A stretch of 64,000 nucleotides of DNA from Pseudorhodobacter sp. (GTDB lineage: Bacteria > Pseudomonadota > Alphaproteobacteria > Rhodobacterales > Rhodobacteraceae): the NCBI GenBank assembly GCA_031406155.1, contig JANOGW010000049.1, positions 582-64,581 of the forward strand. The letters are read 5' to 3'. A program made the position numbers and the translations under genes. Within the stretch, counting starts at the first letter, position 1. Each line of letters starts with the position of its first letter. Positions 27,501 to 35,629 of the stretch are shown here, piece after piece. The notes under the pieces were generated by a model, which saw only the letters and a list, made by a program, of their open reading frames with translations, was not told the origin of the DNA and did no database searches.

Positions 27501-30500
27501 GAGGCACTGGCAGCAGCCCTGCCTGCCATTCCGGCCCGTGTCCTGTCACTTTGGGCGCTCGATCCGGCCTTGTCAGACACTGTTTTCGATGCGGGCTATC
27601 TGCTGGCGCGCATGCTGCAGCAAGTGGATGCAGGCGCTGATACGCATCTGGTATTTGCTGCATCAGGGACTGTTTCAGCAGCGGGCGAAGCCATTAACAA
27701 CCCCCTTGCCGCAAGCCTGCTAGGGCCAGTGCGTGTTGGCCCGCGTGAAATTCCGGGGCTGACAGCGGCGCTGGTTGATCTGGCAGGTTTTGAGGGCGAT
27801 GCCCAAGCGGCCGAAGCCCTACTGGCCGAGGCGGCTGGCCCAACCGGCAATGATCATGTGGCGTTGCGCGGTGCCGATCGGTACATCCGGGCCCGTACTG
27901 CAGTGGCGGCACCGCTTCCAGACACGCTGCCACCCCGGCTGCGGCAAGGTGGCGTCTATGTGATCACCGGTGGAGTGGGCGGCATCGGGCGGCAAATGGC
28001 GCTGTGGTTGGCGCAAGCCGCCAGGGCGCGACTGGCGCTGATCTCGCGCAGCGCCAAACCTGATACCAGCTTTGAAGCCGCGATTATAGACGCCGGGGGT
28101 GAGGTGATCTTCCTCGCCGCTGATGTCACCGACTCTGCCGCGATGGAAACGGCGCTGGCTGCTGTGCGCAGCCGCTTTGGCGCCATCCACGGCGTGATCC
28201 ATGCGGCAGGCCTTTTGCACGATGCACCGCTGTCGGTAAAGCCGCTGGCCGAAGCGCAGGCAGGCATGGCCCCCAAGGTGAAGGGTGCCCGGGTGCTGCA
28301 CGGATTGCTGGCCGAGGGCACAGTTGATTTCTTCGCCGTCATCTCGTCGTCCTCCGTGATCATCGGCGGGGCGGGGCAGACCGATTATGTCGCCGCCAAT
28401 GCGGTGCTGGAGGCAGTTGCAGCCTCGCGCCGCGACGGGCTGTCCATCGCCTGGGGGGTGTGGCGCGATACCGGCATGGCGGCCCGGATGTACGGCGCAG
28501 GCGACAGTGTTGCCCCCTTGGGCAGTGATAGCCTGCTTGGCATGCGCCATGACGCTGCCGATGGCACCACGCATTTCGAGACGGTGATCGACCCCGATAG
28601 TGACTGGCGTGTCGCCGAACATGTGGTTGCAGGCCAACCTGTGCTGCCCGGCACGGCTTACGTGGAAATGGCCTATGCCGCCGCGGTTGCTGTGCTGGGT
28701 CAGGCGACATTCGAAATTCACGCCTTGTCGCTGGCCATACCGATGGTCTTTGACACTGGCCTGCCGCGCCGGGTTCTGGTGCATCTGAGCCCGGTGCATA
28801 ATGGGTTTGAATTGACCATCGAAAGCATATCCGGCCCAGCAGATGAGCCGCTGGAACATGCCCGTGCCCAGATCAAGATATTCCGCTATGAAGATCGCCA
28901 ACTGCCCGAAGGTATGGCCGATCCGGTTGCACTGGCTCCGGCCCCGCGATCTGGCCATGCCCCGCAAGAGGTGTTGATCGCCTTTGGCCCGCGCTGGAAA
29001 AATGTGGGTGCTGTGCGGATTAACGGCGATATTGCCGAAGGCGTGTTCACTCTGGCCCCGGATTTTGCCAGTGATCTGGCTGATCATCCGCTGCATCCGG
29101 CCCTGCTTGACATGGCCGCCACAGTGGGGCTGCATTGCCTGGCTGATGGCGGCGCAGGCGACGCGGTTTATGTTCCGATGTCAGTGGACCGGATTCGGGT
29201 GTTGCACCCTTTGCCGATGTCACTTGTCGCGCGCGCCCGGCGGGTGGCAGGCGAAGAGGGCAAGTTTACCGCCTTTGATGTGGTGATTTCCACACCTGAT
29301 GGCATTGATCTGATGGTGCTTGAACATCTGGCGCTGCGGGCCGTGTCGGGCGGGACATTGCAGACCGAACCGACCCCTGTCAGCCTGACCGGTCAGTTAC
29401 TGGCAACAGGCATTCGCACCACCGAGGCCGCGGATCTGCTGGCCCGGGTCTTCGCCCACCCGGCACGCGCCCTTGTGGTATCGCCAGTGCCGCTTGATCT
29501 GGTGCGTCTGGCGATGACAGAAGGCCTCCGTCCGGTGGTTGTGGGGCAAAAACGCCAAGGCGGCAGTGGTGGGGCCATCGCTGATCCGGTCAGTGCACGC
29601 GTGGCCGCGATCTGGGGCGAAATTCTGGGTATTGACGCCGTTGGAGCGGACGATGATTTCTTCGCGCTTGGGGGTCATTCGCTGAATGCCGTGCGGATGT
29701 TTGGCCGGATCCGCAAGGAATTTGGCCATAACCTGCCGCTGGCAACCCTGTTCGAGGCGCCACGCGTCAGGGATCTGGCAGCTGTTTTGAAAGATCACGG
29801 CGTCAGCATTGCTGTACCTGCCGAAGTGGCAGCCCCGCTCGCAGCACTGCCCCCGCTGGTGCCCGCCACCCCAACCAGCCCACAGATCCTGACGGCCCCG
29901 CGCCAGATCGAGATGACTGAGGCGCAACGCGAAATTGCAACCGCGATCCTGATAAACCCCGACAGCTCGTTGTCCTACAATCTGTCCTTCAGCCTGCATA
30001 TCAAGGGCAAGCCAGACCCCAAGGCTCTGCAAGCAGCCCTTGACGGGGTCATTGCTCGGCATGACAGCCTGCGCGCTGGTTTCGATGTGGAACGGTTTAT
30101 CCTGACCATCCGGCCCACAGCCGAAGTGCCGTTGCAACTGGCCGATCTGATCGGCCTCCCTGCGAGCGAACAGTCCGTCAAACGGCACAACTTGCATGAA
30201 ACCATCGCTGGACAGGCCTTTGATCTGATCCAGGGGCCGGTAATCCGGGCTGTGCTGGTGCACCTGTCGGAAACCCGCCATGAACTGATGCTGTTCGTGC
30301 ATCACATAGCTTGCGATGGCTGGTCGATGGGCGTCGTAATGCAGGATCTGGCCGCGCTTTATTCTACCGCAGCGGGCGGATCAGCCGCCCCGCTAGACCC
30401 TCCGGGCAGCATCGCAGACCTGCTGGCGGCAGAAACCACCTGGGCAGGATCGCACGACGCTGCGGCGCATCGCGATTACTGGCTTCAGACCTTTGCAGAT

Positions 30501-33500
30501 GGCATCCCAGCCATGGATCTGCCGACCGATCGGCCGCACTCGCAGGTCATGACAACCCATGCCGACCGGGTCACCAGCCTGCTGGATCCCGCCCTTGAAC
30601 GCAGCCTGCGCGCGCGCGCGGCCGAGGCCGAAACTTCGCTGCGCACCCTGATCTTCGGGGCATTCCAGCTATATCTGTCGCGGCTGACGGGGGCACGCGA
30701 TGTGGTGGTGGGTCTGCCCGCATCAGGGCAGTTGTCACATGGGCTGGAAGGGGTGGTCGGGCACGGCGTGAACTTCCTGCCGATCCGGGCCAGGATCGAC
30801 ACCGGGGCAAGCCTCGCAGCCTTTCTTGCCCAGACCCGGCACAGCATCCTGGAAGCGATGGACCATCAGAATTACACCTATGGGTCGCTGATGCGCGATA
30901 TGAACGTGGCGCGAGATCCGTCCCGGGTTGCCATTGTGCCGGTGGTCATCAACATCGACAATCTGGCGGACGTTCTGCACTTCAAAGGCCTGGAAACCGA
31001 ACTGGTCGCCAATTCAACGGGGCATGAGCATTTCGAGTTGTTCTTCAATCTGCTGGATGCGGCGGGCAGGGTAACATTCGCCTGGAATTACAATACGGAT
31101 CTTTTCGACCGCGAGACGGTGGAACTGCATGCCGAGAATTTCCTGCGTCTTCTGCGTGCAATTGTGCGGCCGGAAAACGGCTTGAACACGCCACTGGGAA
31201 CATTCCTGATCGGCGATACCCGGCGCCCCGCCAGCGGGACACATGAAGATCCCGGGGCCAAGGGTCCACAGACCATCACCGAAGTGTTCGGTGCCGTCGC
31301 CGCCCGTATGCCGGACCGCATTGCCCTGCGCTTTGGCAGCCAGACAATGGATTATGCCACTTTGAATGCCCGGTCAGACGTGCTGGCGGCACATCTGGCG
31401 GCTGAGGGTATCGAGGCGGGTGATCTGGTCGGGATTTCCTCGCAGCGATCTCTTGCACTTCTGGTGGCTGTGCTGGGGGTGCTGAAGGCGGGGGCGGGCT
31501 ATGTGCCCTTCGATGCGGCCCTGCCCGCCGCGCGGCTGGAGTTCATGGCAAAAGATACCGGGATCAAGATTTTGCTCGGGTCTTGTCCACCGGTGACGGC
31601 GGCTGGCGTGAAAACACTGCCCCATGAGGCATTCCCCGCCAAAGCGGCGCCCGCCCCAAACCCACAGATCACCGGGGCGTCGATTGCCTATGTGATGTTC
31701 ACCTCAGGGACCACTGGCACGCCCAAAGGGGTTGTGCTGCCGCACAGGTCCGTGATCCGGATGCTGTGCGATACAGACTGGCTTCGGCTTGGTCCGGATA
31801 CGGTGACGCTGCATTCATCGGCCTTCGCCTTTGACACCTCTATCATTGATATCTTCGGGGCCCTTCTGCATGGCGGGACGGTGGTGATCCCCAAGGATGG
31901 CGCGCTGTCCATCGCCGATCTGGCGGACGCCGTGGCAAACCACGGGGTGAACACGCTCTGGCTGACATCGGGGCTGTTTCATGCTGTGGCCGACAGCCGG
32001 CCATCCGCCTTCGAAAAGGTGGATCAGGTGATTGTGGGGGGGGATATCGTGTCGCCCGGTCATGTGGCCCGGGTCAAAGCCGCTTGCCCGGATGTGGCCG
32101 TGATCAACGGTTATGGCCCGACCGAAAGCAATGTGACCAACGCCCATGTGATTGAAGCCGCCGATCTTGCCCTGGGCCAGGCGTTGCCGATCGGGCGCGC
32201 CGTGCCGGGCACGCAGATCTATATTCTGGACGAGTATCTGCAACCGGTGCCGACGGGTGTGATGGGCGAGTTGTGCATCGCGGGCCGGGGGCTGGCGCTG
32301 GGGTATTGGAACCGGCCTGACCTCACGGCCGAGAAATTCATCACTGTGCCGTGGCAGCCTGGATTGCGGCTGTACCGATCCGGTGATCTGGCGTTGGACC
32401 CGGGCAACGGAGTGCTGCGCTTTTTTGGCAGGATGGACACACAGGTGAAAATCCGAGGGTTCCGCGTCGAGTTGTCGGAAGTGGAAGCCGCCATTGAAAG
32501 CCATCCGAACGTGCAGCAGGCCGTGGTAATAGCCACTGTGCCAGACGGGCAGACCGACAAGATCCTTGTCGCCTATTTTGTGATGAAAGACCCCAAGGCC
32601 AGGACCGTCACCCCTGCAGCCCTGGCCGACCATGTCAGATCGCGCCTGCCCGACTTTGCACGACCCACTTTCTTTGTCGCCGTGGACGCGATACCGCTGA
32701 ACCCCAATGGCAAGGTAGATCGCCGACGGCTGCCGCCGGTGTCAGCCGGCACCCCCGATCCGCAAGGCGATGCGTCCCTGACCACGATGGAACGGCGCTT
32801 GGCCATGATCTGGGGCGATGTTCTGGGACATCGCAAGATTGGTGCGGCCTCAAATTTCTTTGCGCTTGGCGGGCATTCGCTGTTAGCGGTGCGGCTGTTC
32901 GACCGGATCCGTAACGAACTTGGGGTGGATCTGCCGATTTCGACCCTTTTCCAGCATCAGACCCTGCGCGATCTGGCCACGATCATCCCCGACCCCGCAG
33001 GAGCCGCTGCCGGGCAGGCAGCGCAGCACGGCGCTGACCCGGAAGCTGACTGGGATACCAGCACGGTGATCCATTCTGGCCCCGATACAGGGGGTGGACG
33101 GGCGTTGTTCATCGTCGGCGGGGTCGGCGGTAATGTGAACAATCTGGTAGAGCTTGGCCGGCTGCTCGGGCGCCGCCGGCGTGTCATCGGGTTCCAGACA
33201 CGTGGCGTGCTGGGCCACCGCCCGCGCGGATCAATTGAAGAGATGGCGCAGGAAAACATCCGCTATCTGCGCCAGCATCAGGCACGGGGCCCCTATCTTC
33301 TGGCCGGATATTCGGGCGGCGCTTTAACGGCCCTGGAAATGGCTCGACAGCTTGAAGTGGCGGGTGACGAGATCCTGCAGCTTTTCATTCTTGACACTTT
33401 TGCGCCGGGTTTTGCTGTTGATTTTGTGCCCAAGGTGCGGACCAGCCTGAAACGACGCTTGCAGCATGAGGTGGCCTCGCTTCAGGATGAAGGGGTTGGC

Positions 33501-33863
33501 TATCTGTTCGAGCGGATTTGGCACAAGATCAACCACGCCGTGATGCGGGGCCCAATTCTGACGGCGATGCGCCGGATCAGCCTGTCACACTACCGCTATC
33601 AGGTGATGGAGAAGGCATGGCGCGCGGCGGCGCGGGGCTACATGGGTGGCCCGCTTCGTGGTCAGATCACCTTGTTCAGATCGCGCCCGGTGCGGCTGAT
33701 GCAAAAGCTGTCGCTGGAAGCTGATCCCAGTCTGGGTTGGGCTGAGGTGGCCGAAGGGACCGCACCCGAACTGATCCCGATTACCGGCGATCACCTGAGT
33801 ATGCTGAAGGGTGAGAATGTGCAAAATCTGGCGCATCTTATTGAGCAGCGTGCCGGGGACTGA
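24549..33863 (+). CDS. Hybrid PKS-NRPS megasynthase: KS-AT-KR-DH-T-C-A-T-TE
   Basis: 3104-aa ORF; domains are read from core motifs. KS (TACSTSLVAV, HGTGTPIGD, GHLDTAAG; ~24590-25860). AT (FPGGGAQY, AHSVGE, VAAHS; ~26140-27050). KR (GGVYVITGGVGGIG from ~27948, YVAAN; ~27300-28480 including the structural half). DH (HVVAGQPVLP, His codon 28620-28622; ~28540-29350). T (GGHSL ~29670). C (HHIACDG 30300-30320). A (FTSGTTGTPKG ~31700). T (GGHSL ~32870). TE (GYSGG; ~33050-33863). Confidence 0.95.
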   Translation: MSDDFTDTGAPDNRIAIIGRAGRFPAARNVAEYWDMLQSGRRAASKLNEADLLAAGVSRKMLADPTYVREANILPDMECFDAGFFGFSPREASILDPQHRHFLETAWEAFEDAGHMPENFDGRIGVYAGSGMQAYLPFNLLSNPALVEEIGLFLLRHTGNDKDFLTTRLSYLMNLTGPSVAVQTACSTSLVAVHMAVNSLLNMECEMAIAGGVTIELPHRVGYRFAEGEILSPDGLCRAFDDESQGTVFGSGAALVVLRRYADAVADGDDIKAVILGTAINNDGAGKASYLAPSVDGQAEAAAEAVALAGVTPQSISYIEAHGTGTPIGDPIELAALQQVYGKAPKGSIGIGSVKTNIGHLDTAAGGASLIKVIEAMRHKHLPASLNFKTPNSRFDFAKSPFEVVSKGRDWPAGPTPRRAAVNSLGVGGTNAHVIVEEAPARAKTNSTDGWRVFPFSAKTPSALARTGDKWAPFLASDTPDPADIAFTLRTGRRAFPERMAVAARGPDDLAAALTAKASAYLQKGKAGATPPSIVFLFPGGGAQYPGAGAGMLAQSPAFAKAVADCFAALPKDAPADLHEVMFARTLEDAEARGKLGQSGYAIPALFILEYAYAKHWQSWGITPDAILAHSVGEYAGAVTAGAMNLSDALRIVTLRGQVMDAAPAGAMTTVPKCAPAVQEMLGEHLDIAAINMAEATVVSGPLAVIEALEARLADTDHAARRIHIDVAAHSRQLDGQLDRFRAGFDGVRFGKLTVPMVSSLRGDWAQDDDITSADYWVRHLRHTVRFTDAIAATFATDNRIVIEVGPGQTLGPLVDMASLTHRPVAILPSAPRPRDGTDEMGVVSAAFGGLWANGVPVDWALLHGAEGQRVSLPTYAFEKERHWVEPGRGAVSEDAAEATPDLTRIPDMADWVEVLDWDIAARSGASPDLRGNWLVLAGAEALSSAVLARLERAGASVTVLRAGAGFSATSDGFTLRPDATEDFEALAAALPAIPARVLSLWALDPALSDTVFDAGYLLARMLQQVDAGADTHLVFAASGTVSAAGEAINNPLAASLLGPVRVGPREIPGLTAALVDLAGFEGDAQAAEALLAEAAGPTGNDHVALRGADRYIRARTAVAAPLPDTLPPRLRQGGVYVITGGVGGIGRQMALWLAQAARARLALISRSAKPDTSFEAAIIDAGGEVIFLAADVTDSAAMETALAAVRSRFGAIHGVIHAAGLLHDAPLSVKPLAEAQAGMAPKVKGARVLHGLLAEGTVDFFAVISSSSVIIGGAGQTDYVAANAVLEAVAASRRDGLSIAWGVWRDTGMAARMYGAGDSVAPLGSDSLLGMRHDAADGTTHFETVIDPDSDWRVAEHVVAGQPVLPGTAYVEMAYAAAVAVLGQATFEIHALSLAIPMVFDTGLPRRVLVHLSPVHNGFELTIESISGPADEPLEHARAQIKIFRYEDRQLPEGMADPVALAPAPRSGHAPQEVLIAFGPRWKNVGAVRINGDIAEGVFTLAPDFASDLADHPLHPALLDMAATVGLHCLADGGAGDAVYVPMSVDRIRVLHPLPMSLVARARRVAGEEGKFTAFDVVISTPDGIDLMVLEHLALRAVSGGTLQTEPTPVSLTGQLLATGIRTTEAADLLARVFAHPARALVVSPVPLDLVRLAMTEGLRPVVVGQKRQGGSGGAIADPVSARVAAIWGEILGIDAVGADDDFFALGGHSLNAVRMFGRIRKEFGHNLPLATLFEAPRVRDLAAVLKDHGVSIAVPAEVAAPLAALPPLVPATPTSPQILTAPRQIEMTEAQREIATAILINPDSSLSYNLSFSLHIKGKPDPKALQAALDGVIARHDSLRAGFDVERFILTIRPTAEVPLQLADLIGLPASEQSVKRHNLHETIAGQAFDLIQGPVIRAVLVHLSETRHELMLFVHHIACDGWSMGVVMQDLAALYSTAAGGSAAPLDPPGSIADLLAAETTWAGSHDAAAHRDYWLQTFADGIPAMDLPTDRPHSQVMTTHADRVTSLLDPALERSLRARAAEAETSLRTLIFGAFQLYLSRLTGARDVVVGLPASGQLSHGLEGVVGHGVNFLPIRARIDTGASLAAFLAQTRHSILEAMDHQNYTYGSLMRDMNVARDPSRVAIVPVVINIDNLADVLHFKGLETELVANSTGHEHFELFFNLLDAAGRVTFAWNYNTDLFDRETVELHAENFLRLLRAIVRPENGLNTPLGTFLIGDTRRPASGTHEDPGAKGPQTITEVFGAVAARMPDRIALRFGSQTMDYATLNARSDVLAAHLAAEGIEAGDLVGISSQRSLALLVAVLGVLKAGAGYVPFDAALPAARLEFMAKDTGIKILLGSCPPVTAAGVKTLPHEAFPAKAAPAPNPQITGASIAYVMFTSGTTGTPKGVVLPHRSVIRMLCDTDWLRLGPDTVTLHSSAFAFDTSIIDIFGALLHGGTVVIPKDGALSIADLADAVANHGVNTLWLTSGLFHAVADSRPSAFEKVDQVIVGGDIVSPGHVARVKAACPDVAVINGYGPTESNVTNAHVIEAADLALGQALPIGRAVPGTQIYILDEYLQPVPTGVMGELCIAGRGLALGYWNRPDLTAEKFITVPWQPGLRLYRSGDLALDPGNGVLRFFGRMDTQVKIRGFRVELSEVEAAIESHPNVQQAVVIATVPDGQTDKILVAYFVMKDPKARTVTPAALADHVRSRLPDFARPTFFVAVDAIPLNPNGKVDRRRLPPVSAGTPDPQGDASLTTMERRLAMIWGDVLGHRKIGAASNFFALGGHSLLAVRLFDRIRNELGVDLPISTLFQHQTLRDLATIIPDPAGAAAGQAAQHGADPEADWDTSTVIHSGPDTGGGRALFIVGGVGGNVNNLVELGRLLGRRRRVIGFQTRGVLGHRPRGSIEEMAQENIRYLRQHQARGPYLLAGYSGGALTALEMARQLEVAGDEILQLFILDTFAPGFAVDFVPKVRTSLKRRLQHEVASLQDEGVGYLFERIWHKINHAVMRGPILTAMRRISLSHYRYQVMEKAWRAAARGYMGGPLRGQITLFRSRPVRLMQKLSLEADPSLGWAEVAEGTAPELIPITGDHLSMLKGENVQNLAHLIEQRAGD

Positions 33864-33891
33864 ACCTGGTGGCGCATGGAGGCGGTTCACA

Positions 33892-34710
33892 TCACTCGAC
33901 CTGGTTGTCGAGGAAATCTTTCATCACCCCAATCAGGCCATGCGCCGCCAGATTGGCATGGCCCCCGCCGGGAAGGGCTGCAAAGGCCTTTGGGGCAGGG
34001 GCGACAGCAAAAAGCTGTTGCCCCCAGGCAAGCGGCACATCCATGTCCGCCGTGCCGTGAACAAACAGTTTTGGTGCAGAAATCCGTTCTACCCGGTCAA
34101 TCACATCATAGCGTTCCGCCCACATCAGGGCACAGAATGGAAGGCCGCGATAGCGCCTTTGATAGTAGACACAGGCACGTGGAAAACTGGCTTCCAGCAC
34201 CACGGCGGCAAAAGGCCGCTCGACCGCCAGACGACTGCCAACGCCGACCCCCAGACTGAAGCCATGCACAGCCCGACGGCTTTGCGCAATTGTCTGCCCG
34301 GCCAGCACGTCCAGTTGATCATAAAGCGCGCGCGCATCGCGGGCGAAGTTTTCCTCGGAGGGACGGCCCGGCATACCGCCACCACCCCGATAGTGCAGCA
34401 TGACGATGCCGGTGCCATCCGCGATCAGCGGGGCAAGCCGCTGCATTGACGGACCTATGGCAGAAAAATTTCCGTAAAAGCTGAACAGCATCGGCTTTCC
34501 CGGGGCTGGCACCGACAACCAGGCCTGCACCGGAGCACCGTCTTCCGAACTAAAGCCCACCACCTTGACCCCAGCCAAGCCAACGGCTTCGGGCGATTGC
34601 GCGGTCTGGTCAAAGCGATAGATCCCGTAAGTCTGAAAGGCCCAGATGCCGCCCGACAACAGCGCCAAGGCAAGGGAAAAGGCCGCAAGGCTGATTTGAA
34701 AGCTCGTCAT
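33892..34710 (-). CDS. Alpha/beta-fold hydrolase with N-terminal signal/anchor helix
   Basis: N-terminal hydrophobic LAAFSLALALLSGGIWAF and nucleophile elbow HGFSLGVG (GxSxG). A C-terminal HGTADMDVP...GGGH fits an Asp/His triad arrangement. It is convergent with the PKS-NRPS gene across a 28-nt gap. Confidence 0.7.
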   Translation of the reverse strand: MTSFQISLAAFSLALALLSGGIWAFQTYGIYRFDQTAQSPEAVGLAGVKVVGFSSEDGAPVQAWLSVPAPGKPMLFSFYGNFSAIGPSMQRLAPLIADGTGIVMLHYRGGGGMPGRPSEENFARDARALYDQLDVLAGQTIAQSRRAVHGFSLGVGVGSRLAVERPFAAVVLEASFPRACVYYQRRYRGLPFCALMWAERYDVIDRVERISAPKLFVHGTADMDVPLAWGQQLFAVAPAPKAFAALPGGGHANLAAHGLIGVMKDFLDNQVE

Positions 34711-35198
34711 AGGGATACCTCTGGTTAGCGAATTTCAAACTCTGTTTTACATAATTACTATTATCAGGCTATTTTTCCTGGCTGGGGCGGTGGAATCCTC
34801 TTGCCACCCTACACGGGTTTTCCGAGGGAATGGCAGGCCTGCCCGGTTTCGTTACGATGGGCTACTTTGCAAAACAAACGATGGTTCAACACTGCCGCGC
34901 TGCCTGCCGATTCGCAGGCTTGATCAGGGTATGCAGCGCTCTTGTCCGGGGCTCTTGTGTCTTGACCCACCCCGCAACAGCGCGTTTACAAGCCTGCGTG
35001 GCAAGATCGGCGGCGGTGCGCCGACACCGCAGCGAAGACACGGCAAAGAGCCGCCTAGCAAAATGCCCCGCAGTGAAACCGCGATGGTTTGCACCATCAT
35101 GAGGCGTAACACTTGCAATCACCAAGCAACCGTTACGCCGACCAGGCATCAATACACCTTTCGCAGCATGCCAAATTTCACGCCATGCCAAAGCCCGC

Positions 35199-35230
35199 CA
35201 GTCTGACAGTCTGACAGTCTGACAGTCTGG
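35199..35230. repeat. Tandem octanucleotide repeat (CAGTCTGA)x3 plus CAGTCTGG
   Basis: Read directly: units at 35199-35206, 35207-35214 and 35215-35222, with an imperfect fourth at 35223-35230. Confidence 0.95.
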
Positions 35231-35404
35231 CAGGCAAGCGATCCCAGGCAATCAGGCGCAGTTAACCGGGCATAAAGAAAGATGGGCGAAAACGATGTAC
35301 CGGGCCTGCGCCGGAACAGACCATCAGATTTTACTTGCCTAGAGAGACACAAAGCGTAAGTCTTCTACCTATAGTTGTATTTCACCCCTTCAGAGGAAAT
35401 CACC

Positions 35405-35629
35405 ATGATCCTTGTTTTCGCATTGGCTGGTACCGTTACGGCGACCATCGCTGGTGTCACGGCATTGATCATGGGGCAATCCTGGTGGATCGGGCTGCTC
35501 AGCTATATCGCTGCGGGGATGCTAACCGTCCTTGTTCTGGCGGTTTTCACGGGCTTTGCCCTGAAGGTCGCCCCGCGCAAGGCAGACGGACAGGCGCTGC
35601 GCGTGCGCATGCCGGTGGCGGAACACTAA
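35405..35629 (+). CDS. Small hypothetical two-helix membrane protein
   Basis: ATG 35405 is preceded by AGAGGA. The 74-aa product has two hydrophobic helices and a basic tail. No homology was recognised. Confidence 0.35.
   Translation: MILVFALAGTVTATIAGVTALIMGQSWWIGLLSYIAAGMLTVLVLAVFTGFALKVAPRKADGQALRVRMPVAEH

Noticed and set aside
24936-29135. 414-aa and 438-aa minus-strand ORFs (24936-26180, 27819-29135) inside the PKS-NRPS gene
   Set aside because: The same reasoning applies: they are shadow ORFs opposite the KS/AT and KR/DH domains, and no recognisable domains are present.
35199-35230. Tandem repeat tract as a CRISPR array or parS cluster
   Set aside because: The 8-nt units are contiguous with no spacers and there are no cas genes, so it is not CRISPR. 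It has no palindromic symmetry expected of parS, so it is reported only as a simple tandem repeat.
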